Shown here: piece by piece, positions 37,814-46,079 of the stretch
Layout: every line of letters starts with the position of its first letter
Numbering within the stretch: position 1 is the stretch's first letter
From: Vulcanimicrobiota bacterium
Lineage (GTDB): Bacteria > Vulcanimicrobiota > Vulcanimicrobiia > Vulcanimicrobiales > Vulcanimicrobiaceae
Direction of reading: 5' to 3'
DNA: 57,138 nt
Assembly: GCA_027422105.1 (NCBI GenBank)
Contig: DAIBFU010000001.1
Location: forward strand, 1-57,138
Notes under the pieces: model-generated
Database searches by the model: none
Seen by the model: the letters and a program-made list of their open reading frames with translations, nothing else
What the model was told of the DNA's origin: nothing
Program-made: the position numbers and the translations under genes

Positions 37814-38302
37814 TTGACGATTGACGTGCCGAAACCCTCACACTTAAACACCGACGGAGCTATTTCGATGGTCGACGTCGGCAAGAAAGCAACGACCGAA
37901 CGCTTCGCCCGTGCCGAGGCGTTCGTTCGCCTCGCTCCCGATGCGGCGGAATCGCTCCGGACGGCCATGGGACCGAAGGGGGATGCCTTCGTCACGGCTC
38001 AAATCGCCGGCATTATGGCCGCAAAGCAGACCGCAAACCTGATTCCGCTGGCGCACCCGGTCGCGCTGAGCCACATCGCGGTCACCTTGACGTGGGCGCA
38101 GCCCGACCGCTTGCGGATCGAGAGCGAGGCACGCACCTCGGGGCAGACCGGCGTTGAGATGGAAGCGTTGATGGCTGCGAATCTCGCCGCGCTGACGATC
38201 TACGATATGTGCAAAGCGCTCGATCGGGCGATCGTCATCGAAGGGGTACGCTTGCTGGAGAAACGCGGCGGGAAGAGCGGCACGTGGATCGCCGGGGAGT
38301 GA
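37814..38302 (+). CDS. moaC: cyclic pyranopterin monophosphate synthase
   Basis: GAISMVDVGKKATTER and TGVEMEALMAANLAALTIYDMCKA. TTG start. Confidence 0.92.
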   Translation: MTIDVPKPSHLNTDGAISMVDVGKKATTERFARAEAFVRLAPDAAESLRTAMGPKGDAFVTAQIAGIMAAKQTANLIPLAHPVALSHIAVTLTWAQPDRLRIESEARTSGQTGVEMEALMAANLAALTIYDMCKALDRAIVIEGVRLLEKRGGKSGTWIAGE

Positions 38303-38784
38303 AGTACCGCATTGCGTGCATCGTGCTCTCCGATCGCGCGGCCGCGGGGGAACGCGAGGACGGCTGCCTTCCGATCTTTCGCGAGCGCCTCGAGCCGATC
38401 TACGAAATCGTGCGCGCCATCGTCCTGCCCGACGATCCGGCGGCGCTGCAAGCCGAGCTCATCGATCTCGCCGATGGGGAGCGTGCGGACTGCATTCTCA
38501 CCAGCGGCGGCACCGGGCTCGCTCCGCGCGATCGCACGCCGCAGGCGACTGCCGCGGTCCTCGACTACGAAGTTCCCGGGATCGCCGAAGCGATTCGCGC
38601 CGCAGCGCTGCCCCGCGTGCGCACGGCGATGCTCTCGCGTGCGTTGGCGGGGGTGCGACATCGTACGCTGATCGTAAATCTTCCCGGTAGCCCGCGCGCC
38701 GTTACGGAATCGCTCGACGTCCTGTTACCGACGTTACCGCATGCCATGGAACTACTTTCGGAGCGACCGACCGATCACTCATGA
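38299..38784 (+). CDS. mog: molybdopterin adenylyltransferase / MoaB-MogA family
   Basis: Start trimmed to the GTG at 38299 (GTGA overlap). Motifs IVLSDRAAAGEREDG and TSGGTGLAPRD. Confidence 0.85.
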   Translation: MKYRIACIVLSDRAAAGEREDGCLPIFRERLEPIYEIVRAIVLPDDPAALQAELIDLADGERADCILTSGGTGLAPRDRTPQATAAVLDYEVPGIAEAIRAAALPRVRTAMLSRALAGVRHRTLIVNLPGSPRAVTESLDVLLPTLPHAMELLSERPTDHS

Positions 38785-40106
38785 CGTTTGAAGAGGCGGA
38801 GCGTTATTTGCTCGCAAGCATCGGCGAGCATCGCTCCGGACACACCAATTATGGGTTAGAACGTATGACGGCGTTGCTGGAGATGCTCGGCGATCCGCAT
38901 CGGCAATATCCCGTCGTGCATATCGCGGGCACCAGCGGCAAAGGCTCGACGGCGACGATGATCGAGCGCGCGTTGCGACGGCACGGGCTGCAGGTCGGCC
39001 TTCATGTCAAGCCGCACCTGCAATCGATGACCGAGCGCGCCCGTATCAACGGTGTGCCGATTGCGCGCGAGCGTTTCGCCGAACTTTTCTCGGAGATGCT
39101 TCCCGCCGTCGAGAGTATCGCGGGGCGCTACGGTGCAGCGAGCTACTACGAGATGCTGCTTGCACTGACGTTCCTCTACTTCGCGCGTGAGGCGGTCGAT
39201 GTCGCGGTGATCGAAGTGGGTTTGGGTGGGCGGCTCGACGGAACCAATGTCGTCTCGCCGACCGTCTGCGCGATTACGAGCATCGGTTACGACCATCAGG
39301 AAATTCTCGGTGATACGCTCGACGCGATCGCTGCAGAAAAAGCCGGGATCGCGAAGCCCGGCATTCCGCTCGTCAGTGCGGTAACGGAGGAACCCGCGCG
39401 TTCGACGATCGCGACGATCTGTGCGCGGGTCGGTGCACCGCTGATCGAAAGTGCGACGAGTGCGCGCGTCGAGGAGATTGAGATCGACGCATTCGCGCAG
39501 CGCTTTACCGTACGGACCGCGTCGGAGAGCTATCGCATTCGCTTGCCGATTTTAGGCGGCTTTCAGCGGACGAATGCCGTCACTGCCGTGCTGGCGTTGG
39601 AAGCCTTGCCGTCCGCATTGCGCCCGAGCCATCGCGAGATCGAGGAAGGCTTGGCGGAGGTTCGTATTCCCGGACGCATGGAGATTTTTCCGGGCGCACC
39701 CTCGGTGCTCTTCGATATCGCACATAACGAACAGAAGGCGCGTTCGCTCGCCGATGCGTTGCGCGAACGGTTCGGGGGGAGCGCGCAAACCTTCGTGATC
39801 GGCGTTGGGGAAAGCAAAAATGCGCGGGCGATTCTCGCTGCTTTCGCGCAACCGGAAAGCTATTTCGTGCTCACATCCTTCCACGCCGACGGACGCCCGG
39901 CGCGCGCCCCCGAATATCTCGCGCGGATCGCTGAGGAGTTGGGAGTTGCCAACGAATGCTGCGACGACCCCGGCGAAGCCCTCGCGCGCGCGCGCGAACG
40001 CGCCGGCGCCTCCGGCATCGTCGTCGTTACCGGATCGACCTTCGTTGTCGCCGCGCTGCGCCCGGGAGTTCTCGGATCGCAACCGAGTCTCTCGTCGATC
40101 CGATGA
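38781..40106 (+). CDS. folC: bifunctional folylpolyglutamate synthase / dihydrofolate synthase
   Basis: HIAGTSGKGST P-loop, Mur-ligase-like layout, and folate operon context. Confidence 0.9.
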   Translation: MTFEEAERYLLASIGEHRSGHTNYGLERMTALLEMLGDPHRQYPVVHIAGTSGKGSTATMIERALRRHGLQVGLHVKPHLQSMTERARINGVPIARERFAELFSEMLPAVESIAGRYGAASYYEMLLALTFLYFAREAVDVAVIEVGLGGRLDGTNVVSPTVCAITSIGYDHQEILGDTLDAIAAEKAGIAKPGIPLVSAVTEEPARSTIATICARVGAPLIESATSARVEEIEIDAFAQRFTVRTASESYRIRLPILGGFQRTNAVTAVLALEALPSALRPSHREIEEGLAEVRIPGRMEIFPGAPSVLFDIAHNEQKARSLADALRERFGGSAQTFVIGVGESKNARAILAAFAQPESYFVLTSFHADGRPARAPEYLARIAEELGVANECCDDPGEALARARERAGASGIVVVTGSTFVVAALRPGVLGSQPSLSSIR

Positions 40107-40945
40107 GCGAGGCAGCGATGCGTTTCGGCAACCGCAGCTTCGTGCGCGGTACGCGAACGTTCGTCATGGCGATCCTCAACGTCACCCCCGATTCGTTCTC
40201 CGGCGACGGCCGGCTCGCGCTGCAGGAGGCCATGGAGCGTGCGGTCGCGCAGCACGATGCGGGTGCCGACACGATCGATATCGGTGGTGAATCGACGCGC
40301 CCCGGACACGCGCCGGTCGCCGTCGCCGAGGAGTTGGAGCGGGTGCTCCCCGTCGTGCGTGCGGTGCGCGAGCGCTTTCCCGATTGGCCGATCTCGATCG
40401 ATACCTTCAAACCCGAGGTCGCGCGCGCCGCGCTCGCCGCCGGCGCGGATTGTGTGAATTCGATTTGGGGTGCGAGCGATGAAATGCTCGATCTCACCCT
40501 GGAGAGCGGAGCTTCGATCGCAATCATGCACAATCGCGAGCACCTCTACGATGGGGAGATCGTCGACGAAGTCCTTCGTTCGTTGCTCGCCGATGCCGTC
40601 CGCGCGCACAAACGGGGCATTCCGATGGATCGAATCTTGCTCGACCCCGGCATCGGCTTTGGGAAGACGCCGGAGCAGAATGTCCGCTTGCTTGCGCATC
40701 TCGATCGGCTTGTGGCGCTCGGCTTCCCCACGCTGTTGGGAACCTCGCGAAAATCGACGTTGGGGATGCTCACCGGGCGCAGCCACCCCAACGAGCGCAT
40801 CTTCGCAACCGCCGCGACTACCGCACTTGCAGTCGCCGCCGGAATCGATATCGTGCGCGTTCACGATGTCGCGGCGACCCGCGACGTCGTCGCGGTCTCC
40901 GATGCAATCGTTCGTGGATGGAGGCCGGCGACATGGATCGCATAA
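40103..40945 (+). CDS. folP: dihydropteroate synthase
   Basis: Start trimmed to the ATG at 40103 (ATGA overlap). Motifs ILNVTPDSFSGDG, DIGGESTRPG and VRVHDV. Confidence 0.93.
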   Translation: MSEAAMRFGNRSFVRGTRTFVMAILNVTPDSFSGDGRLALQEAMERAVAQHDAGADTIDIGGESTRPGHAPVAVAEELERVLPVVRAVRERFPDWPISIDTFKPEVARAALAAGADCVNSIWGASDEMLDLTLESGASIAIMHNREHLYDGEIVDEVLRSLLADAVRAHKRGIPMDRILLDPGIGFGKTPEQNVRLLAHLDRLVALGFPTLLGTSRKSTLGMLTGRSHPNERIFATAATTALAVAAGIDIVRVHDVAATRDVVAVSDAIVRGWRPATWIA

Positions 40946-41280
40946 CGCTACGCGGCATCAAGGCTTACGGTCGGCACGGCGCCGATCCGGGCGAACGCAA
41001 TCGCGCGCAGTGCTTTTCCATCGAGGTGCAGTGCGAGCTCGATGCGAGCGGGGCCCGCGAGCGCGACGATCTCGCGGCGACGCTCGATTATGCGGCGCTC
41101 CACCGGCGCATCATCACGCTCGTCGCCGAGGAGTCGCACGCGCTGCTCGAACGCCTCGCACAGCGGCTGCTCGACCTCTGTTTCGAGGATGTACGCGTTC
41201 GTGAAGCGACGGTCACCATCGAAAAGCCCGCGTTGCTCGATGGAGCGACGCCGGGCGTGCGCTGTTCGCAGCGTCGTTGA
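40933..41280 (+). CDS. folB: dihydroneopterin aldolase
   Basis: MDRITLRGIKAYGRHGADPGERNRAQCFSIEV and TLDYAAL. The alternative start is 40918. Confidence 0.88.
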   Translation: MDRITLRGIKAYGRHGADPGERNRAQCFSIEVQCELDASGARERDDLAATLDYAALHRRIITLVAEESHALLERLAQRLLDLCFEDVRVREATVTIEKPALLDGATPGVRCSQRR

Positions 41281-41750
41281 TGGCACTCGCAACAATCGGT
41301 ATCGGAGGCAATATCGGCGATGCCGCAGCGACCGTAGAACGCGCAATCGATGCGCTGAACGAACTCGGTCGCATGACCGCGCGCTCGTCGCTCTATCGTT
41401 CGGATCCCTGGGGGAAGCGCGATCAGCCCGATTTTACCAACGCCGTCGCGCGGATAGAGACGGCGCTCGCACCGCGTGCTCTGCTCGCCGCTCTCCAAGC
41501 GATCGAACGTCGCTTGGGGCGCGTTCCCGGAGAGCACTGGGGGCCGCGCGCGATCGATCTCGATATCCTCCTCTACGACGATCTCGGCTTCGAGGATGAA
41601 CTCTTGCGTATACCGCATCGCCATCTCTTCGAGCGCGCGTTTGTGTTGGTTCCGCTCGCCGAGATCGACACGGCGTTCGAGGCATGGCGCGATGCGCTGC
41701 CGCGCTCCGAGCGCGAGTCGGTCGAGCGGATCGTCGGTCACGCCGAGTAG
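41277..41750 (+). CDS. folK: 2-amino-4-hydroxy-6-hydroxymethyldihydropteridine diphosphokinase
   Basis: IGIGGNIGD, SSLYRSDPWG, QPDFTNAV and WGPRAIDLDILLY. ATGA overlap with folB. Confidence 0.92.
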   Translation: MMALATIGIGGNIGDAAATVERAIDALNELGRMTARSSLYRSDPWGKRDQPDFTNAVARIETALAPRALLAALQAIERRLGRVPGEHWGPRAIDLDILLYDDLGFEDELLRIPHRHLFERAFVLVPLAEIDTAFEAWRDALPRSERESVERIVGHAE

Positions 41751-42046
41751 CCGTTGTCACGCCGAGTAGACCGCGAAGCGGTCGCATCGAGGCGCAGCGC
41801 GGCGCGCTCCCGCGCCTGCGGGCACCGCTCCTCGCTAGACGCTCGCGGCTCGGACAAGCAATGTCAGGGTCCTCGCCGCTCGCTTAATCGCTCGTCGGGT
41901 GCACCGCAGGCGCTCCGCGCGCTCTTGTCACGCCGAGTAGACCGCGAAGCGGTCGCATCGAGGCGCAGCGGATCGGGCCCTCGATACGCGGCGGAGCCTG
42001 TCCTGAGCGAGCGAAGCGAGTCGAAGGGGCCGCTACTCGGGCTGAC
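41737..42046. repeat. composite intergenic repeat element, copy 2
   Basis: The left end GTCACGCCGAGTAG (41737-41750) coincides with the last four codons plus the stop of folK. The right end is CTACTCGGGCTGAC (42033-42046). The 45-nt module occurs at 41755-41799 and 41926-41970. The 81-nt core (41823-41903) is identical to copy 1. Confidence 0.9.
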
Positions 42047-42058
42047 AACAAGCGCTCG

Positions 42059-43807
42059 CTATGCGAGCTTTGCTTCGTAGAGTTTCTTTTCGATGAAGAG
42101 ATCGAGGAAGAGGCGGTCGATCTTTCCGCGTTCCGCAAACTCCTTCGTGAGGATATCGAGAGATCGTTCGATCGACATCGCTTTTTTGTATGGGCGATCG
42201 GTCGCCGTCAACGCATCGTAGACGTCGCTGATCGTCATCATGCGCACTTGCGGTGAGATCGCTTCACCGGAGAGCTTGCGCGGATAACCGGTGCCGTCGA
42301 GATGCTCGTGATGTCCGTAGGCATACTCGGCGACGTTGTACCAAGGGGTCTCGCCCCAAGGGATCTCGCGCAAGAAAAGATAGGACTGCGTTACATGCTC
42401 TTGCATGCGGTCGCGCTCGGCATCGGAGAGCGAGCCGCGCGGAATCCTCAGATAGGCGAGCTCGATGTCGTCAAGAAGCGGATGCTTCGCCCCGCTATCG
42501 TTATATGCGTGACGCATCGCGCGCACGATTGCGTCATCTGCATCAGCGGCAACGACATTCGGTTCGTTCGCTGCTTGAATTTTGTCCAACAGTTCGCGTA
42601 GTTCTTCGCGCATAGCATCATCGCCGCACTGTTCGATTGCGAGAAGAAAGCGGAGCCGCACGGTATCGAGTCGTCCGTCGGGAAGTTTTTTTGCTTTCCC
42701 GAAAATATATTCCGGGACGGCGACTTTGCCGAAGTCGTGAAGGAGCGATGCGTAGCGAAGTTCCCGTAACTGGTCGGCACTGAAGTACATGTCGGAGAGC
42801 GGACCCGCATGCATATGATTGACGGCTTCTGCCTGCGCAACCGTCAACGCCGCGACTCGTTCGGAATGGCCCTGCGTCGAGCGGTCGCGGACTTCGATGG
42901 CCTTAACGGATGCGCGAACGAAACGCTCGAACAGGTTTTGAATCGATTCGACGAGTCGCGCGTTCTCGATAGCGATGGCAGCCTGCGATGCGAGAGCTTC
43001 TAAGACTCGTCGATCGTGAAGATCGAATGGACGGACGATCGACTCGGTATGCGTTGGTGTATCGAGGACGATCTCGAACGCGGGCTTACGGTTGATTAAT
43101 TGAATCGCCCCAATCACAGTTCCGCGGAGGTTGCGCATGGCAACCGCGATCATCGATTTCGAACGATAATTATTGCTCTCGTCGAAGCTGCGATTGAACG
43201 AATACGGATGGCTGGAATCGAGATGGTACGCGTCGTCGATCGTGATGCTCTCGCCGGTTACCGCCACGTAGCCCGCGATCGAATCGGTGTTGAGCGGTAA
43301 CTCGCGATTGTAGAGCGTCCCTTCGTCGGTCGGGCCGGTCTGCGCGACGACGAAACGCAGGTGTTTGACGCCGTCGACCTCTTCGATGAGGTAGAGGCTG
43401 CCGGCGTCGGCGCCGGTGAGCTCGCGCGCATTGTGGACGATCGAGCGTTCGAGAGTGGGGAGGTCGCGTTCGGAAGAGAGCGAGCGGCTGACGTTCAGCA
43501 GCGTCGTCGTCTGCGCGCGCTCGGCGGCGAGTTGGGTCGCCGCTCTGGTGGCCGCCACGAGCGAGACGCGCTCGACCGGCGGGGTGAGTACTGCAACGAC
43601 GTGCGGATCCTCGGCCAACTTCGCGAGGTTGGGGTCGCGAGGGTCGCCGACAAGGATCGTCGGCCCGGGCTCTCCGAACGCGGCGAGCCCGCCTTCGTCG
43701 AGTAAATGATCGAACTCGACCTCATAGGCTTCAAAACCCGCGGTGTGAAGGAGGGACGGAACATCCCCGACCTCTGCTCCCCGAGCGTAGAGAAAGTACG
43801 AGAGCAC
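42059..43807 (-). CDS. GAF + HD-GYP domain protein (putative c-di-GMP phosphodiesterase) with N-terminal receiver-like region
   Basis: The GAF domain reads LTGADAGSLYLIEEVDGVKHLRFV. The HD-GYP domain has canonical LLHDFGKVAVP and HHEHLDGTGYPRKL, followed by ISDVYDALTATDRPYK. Confidence 0.88.
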   Translation of the reverse strand: MLSYFLYARGAEVGDVPSLLHTAGFEAYEVEFDHLLDEGGLAAFGEPGPTILVGDPRDPNLAKLAEDPHVVAVLTPPVERVSLVAATRAATQLAAERAQTTTLLNVSRSLSSERDLPTLERSIVHNARELTGADAGSLYLIEEVDGVKHLRFVVAQTGPTDEGTLYNRELPLNTDSIAGYVAVTGESITIDDAYHLDSSHPYSFNRSFDESNNYRSKSMIAVAMRNLRGTVIGAIQLINRKPAFEIVLDTPTHTESIVRPFDLHDRRVLEALASQAAIAIENARLVESIQNLFERFVRASVKAIEVRDRSTQGHSERVAALTVAQAEAVNHMHAGPLSDMYFSADQLRELRYASLLHDFGKVAVPEYIFGKAKKLPDGRLDTVRLRFLLAIEQCGDDAMREELRELLDKIQAANEPNVVAADADDAIVRAMRHAYNDSGAKHPLLDDIELAYLRIPRGSLSDAERDRMQEHVTQSYLFLREIPWGETPWYNVAEYAYGHHEHLDGTGYPRKLSGEAISPQVRMMTISDVYDALTATDRPYKKAMSIERSLDILTKEFAERGKIDRLFLDLFIEKKLYEAKLA

Positions 43808-43884
43808 GGCTTTGAGGTTCGGCTACAGCCGGGGGAACTCCCGGCGAAGGGGTGTTCGGGGTAGCTCCCCGAAAAGGCGGCGCG

Positions 43885-44307
43885 ATGACCTCCGAGTACT
43901 CTCCCGAGGACGCAGCATCGGCTCGTGCACAGCGTCTAGCCGAATTTTTCGTCGGCACTCCGCTCCTCCGCCTGCGGATCGAGCGTGAGGATGAAGAGTT
44001 TGAGTTTGTGCGCTCCTCGCCGGCCCATGCCCCGCATCGCTCCGAGGCGGCGCAATCTCCCGAACCTGCCGCCGAAATCCCCGTCGATGTCCTCAGAGCC
44101 GATGTCGTCGGCATCGTGCGCTTCGGTCGCAACGCTCCGGCACTCGGCGAAGAGATCGTCGAGGATCGTGAACTCGCTGCAATCGAGGCGCTGGGCATTC
44201 GCACCTCGGTGCGAGCCCGTTCGATGGGGCGGCTCCGGGCGATCCTCTGCGAGGATGGCGCTGCGGTCGACTACGGTCGCGCCCTCTTCGAGATCGAGCG
44301 AGGATAG
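43885..44307 (+). CDS. biotin carboxyl carrier protein homologue lacking the biotinyl-lysine
   Basis: BCCP layout: N-terminal LLRLRIEREDEEFEFVRS, a Pro/Ala linker, and a C-terminal lipoyl-like domain ending YGRALFEIE. It lies directly upstream of accC. The EAMKM motif reads IEALGIR, with codon GGC at 44194-44196. ATG at 43885 with AAGG upstream. Confidence 0.8.
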   Translation: MTSEYSPEDAASARAQRLAEFFVGTPLLRLRIEREDEEFEFVRSSPAHAPHRSEAAQSPEPAAEIPVDVLRADVVGIVRFGRNAPALGEEIVEDRELAAIEALGIRTSVRARSMGRLRAILCEDGAAVDYGRALFEIERG

Positions 44308-44312
44308 AGGCG

Positions 44313-45662
44313 ATGCTGCGAAAGGTACTCGTTGCGAACCGGGGTGAGATCGCGCTGCGGATCGTGCGCGCTTGTCGCGAACTCGGCATCGGCAGCGTCG
44401 CGATTTTCTCCGAAGCGGATCGAGCCTCGACGCACGTTCGGGTTGCAGACGAGGCATTTTGCGTCGGCCCTGGCCCCGTCCCGCGCTCCTATCTCAACGT
44501 TCCGAATATTATCTCCGCGGCAATGGTATCGGGCTGCGACGCCATTCATCCCGGCTACGGCTTTCTCGCCGAGAATGCGCGTTTCGCCGAGATCTGCGCC
44601 GACCACGGTTTGAAATTCATCGGCCCGCGCCCCGAGATCATCACCGCAATGGGCGATAAGGCGACGGCGAAGCGCGTGATGGCGAATGCCGGTGTCGCCA
44701 CGACGCCGGGAACCGATATTCTCCCCACCGTTGAACTCGCGCGCGAAGCCGCCGAGCAGATCGGCTATCCCGTTCTTCTCAAGGCGACGGCCGGCGGCGG
44801 CGGCAAAGGGATGCGCGTCGTCGAGCGTCCGGAAGATTTAGAACGCGCGTTTCTCGGCGCGACGGCAGAGGCGGAGGCATCGTTTAAAGACGGTCGCGTC
44901 TATATGGAAAAACTCATCCGCGATCCTCGCCATATCGAAGTGCAGGTACTCGCCGATGAGCACGGCCAGGTCGTGCATCTCGGCGAACGCGACTGTTCGA
45001 TTCAAAAACCATCGCATCAAAAACTCATCGAAGAGGCGGGGGCTCCCAATCTCACCGAACGCGCTCGTGCTCGATTGCACGAAATGGCGATCCTTGCCTG
45101 TCGCCACGTCGGCTACAGCAATGCGGGAACGCTGGAGTTTCTTTCAAGCGGCGATGACGTGTTTTTCATGGAAATGAACACGCGCATTCAGGTGGAGCAT
45201 CCGGTCACCGAGATGGTCTACGGCATCGATTTGGTCAAAGAGCAAATTCGCATCGCGTCGGGAGAACATCTCGGTTACACGCAGGCCGATCTCGAACCGC
45301 GCGGGCACGCAATCGAGTGCCGCATCAATGCCGAAGACGCGCGCAATAATTTCGCGCCGCAGGCGGGCACCTTGGGCGCTGTTCTTTTCCCGGGTGGACC
45401 CGGCATCCGTATCGACACGCACATTTTCTCCGGTGCGAGCGTTCCGCCGTACTACGATTCGATGTTGGCAAAAGTGATTGCCTTTGCAAACACGCGCGAC
45501 CAAGCAATTGCGCGAATGGAACGCGCGCTCCGTGAAACGCTGGTTGAAGGCGTTGCAACGACGACGGAGATGTGTTTAGAGATTCTCGCCACCGAAGGGT
45601 TTCGTAGCGGAACCTACGATATCGGTTTTCTTCCCCGCTTGCTCACGCAGCGCGTCGGATAG
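44313..45662 (+). CDS. accC: acetyl-CoA carboxylase biotin carboxylase subunit
   Basis: MLRKVLVANRGEIALRIVRACRELGI, GGGGKGMRVV and EMNTRIQVEHPVTE. Confidence 0.96.
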   Translation: MLRKVLVANRGEIALRIVRACRELGIGSVAIFSEADRASTHVRVADEAFCVGPGPVPRSYLNVPNIISAAMVSGCDAIHPGYGFLAENARFAEICADHGLKFIGPRPEIITAMGDKATAKRVMANAGVATTPGTDILPTVELAREAAEQIGYPVLLKATAGGGGKGMRVVERPEDLERAFLGATAEAEASFKDGRVYMEKLIRDPRHIEVQVLADEHGQVVHLGERDCSIQKPSHQKLIEEAGAPNLTERARARLHEMAILACRHVGYSNAGTLEFLSSGDDVFFMEMNTRIQVEHPVTEMVYGIDLVKEQIRIASGEHLGYTQADLEPRGHAIECRINAEDARNNFAPQAGTLGAVLFPGGPGIRIDTHIFSGASVPPYYDSMLAKVIAFANTRDQAIARMERALRETLVEGVATTTEMCLEILATEGFRSGTYDIGFLPRLLTQRVG

Positions 45663-45665
45663 ACG

Positions 45666-46079
45666 ATGCCTTCTCGGCGCATGTTGCGGGAGCGTGCTTT
45701 GCAGGCGCTCTACGCAATCGAAGTCGGTGGGCGCGAGCCGGCCGAAGTCCTCGAAGAAGTATTCGGAAGCGGGGGTGCAAGCGAGGAGCGCTCGTTCGTG
45801 CGCGAACTCGTTCTCGGGACGATTGATGGTGCAAGCGCTGCCGACGAGCGCATCGGCCCGGCGCTCCAGGGATGGACGCTCGACCGTCTTGCGATCGTCG
45901 ACAGGACGATTCTTCGTTTGGCGGTCTGTGAGTCCGAACGAAGCGAAGCCCCGCCTCGGGCGGTCATTATTAACGAGGCCGTCGAACTTGCCAAACGCTA
46001 TTCAACGCCGGAGGCCGCGCGCTTCGTCAACGGCGTTCTCTCCGGCATTCTAGGCGATGCGAAGAGCGCCGAGGCGTAA
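45666..46079 (+). CDS. nusB: transcription antitermination factor NusB
   Basis: RERALQALYAIEVGG and IINEAVELAKRYSTPEAARFVNGVL. Confidence 0.92.
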   Translation: MPSRRMLRERALQALYAIEVGGREPAEVLEEVFGSGGASEERSFVRELVLGTIDGASAADERIGPALQGWTLDRLAIVDRTILRLAVCESERSEAPPRAVIINEAVELAKRYSTPEAARFVNGVLSGILGDAKSAEA

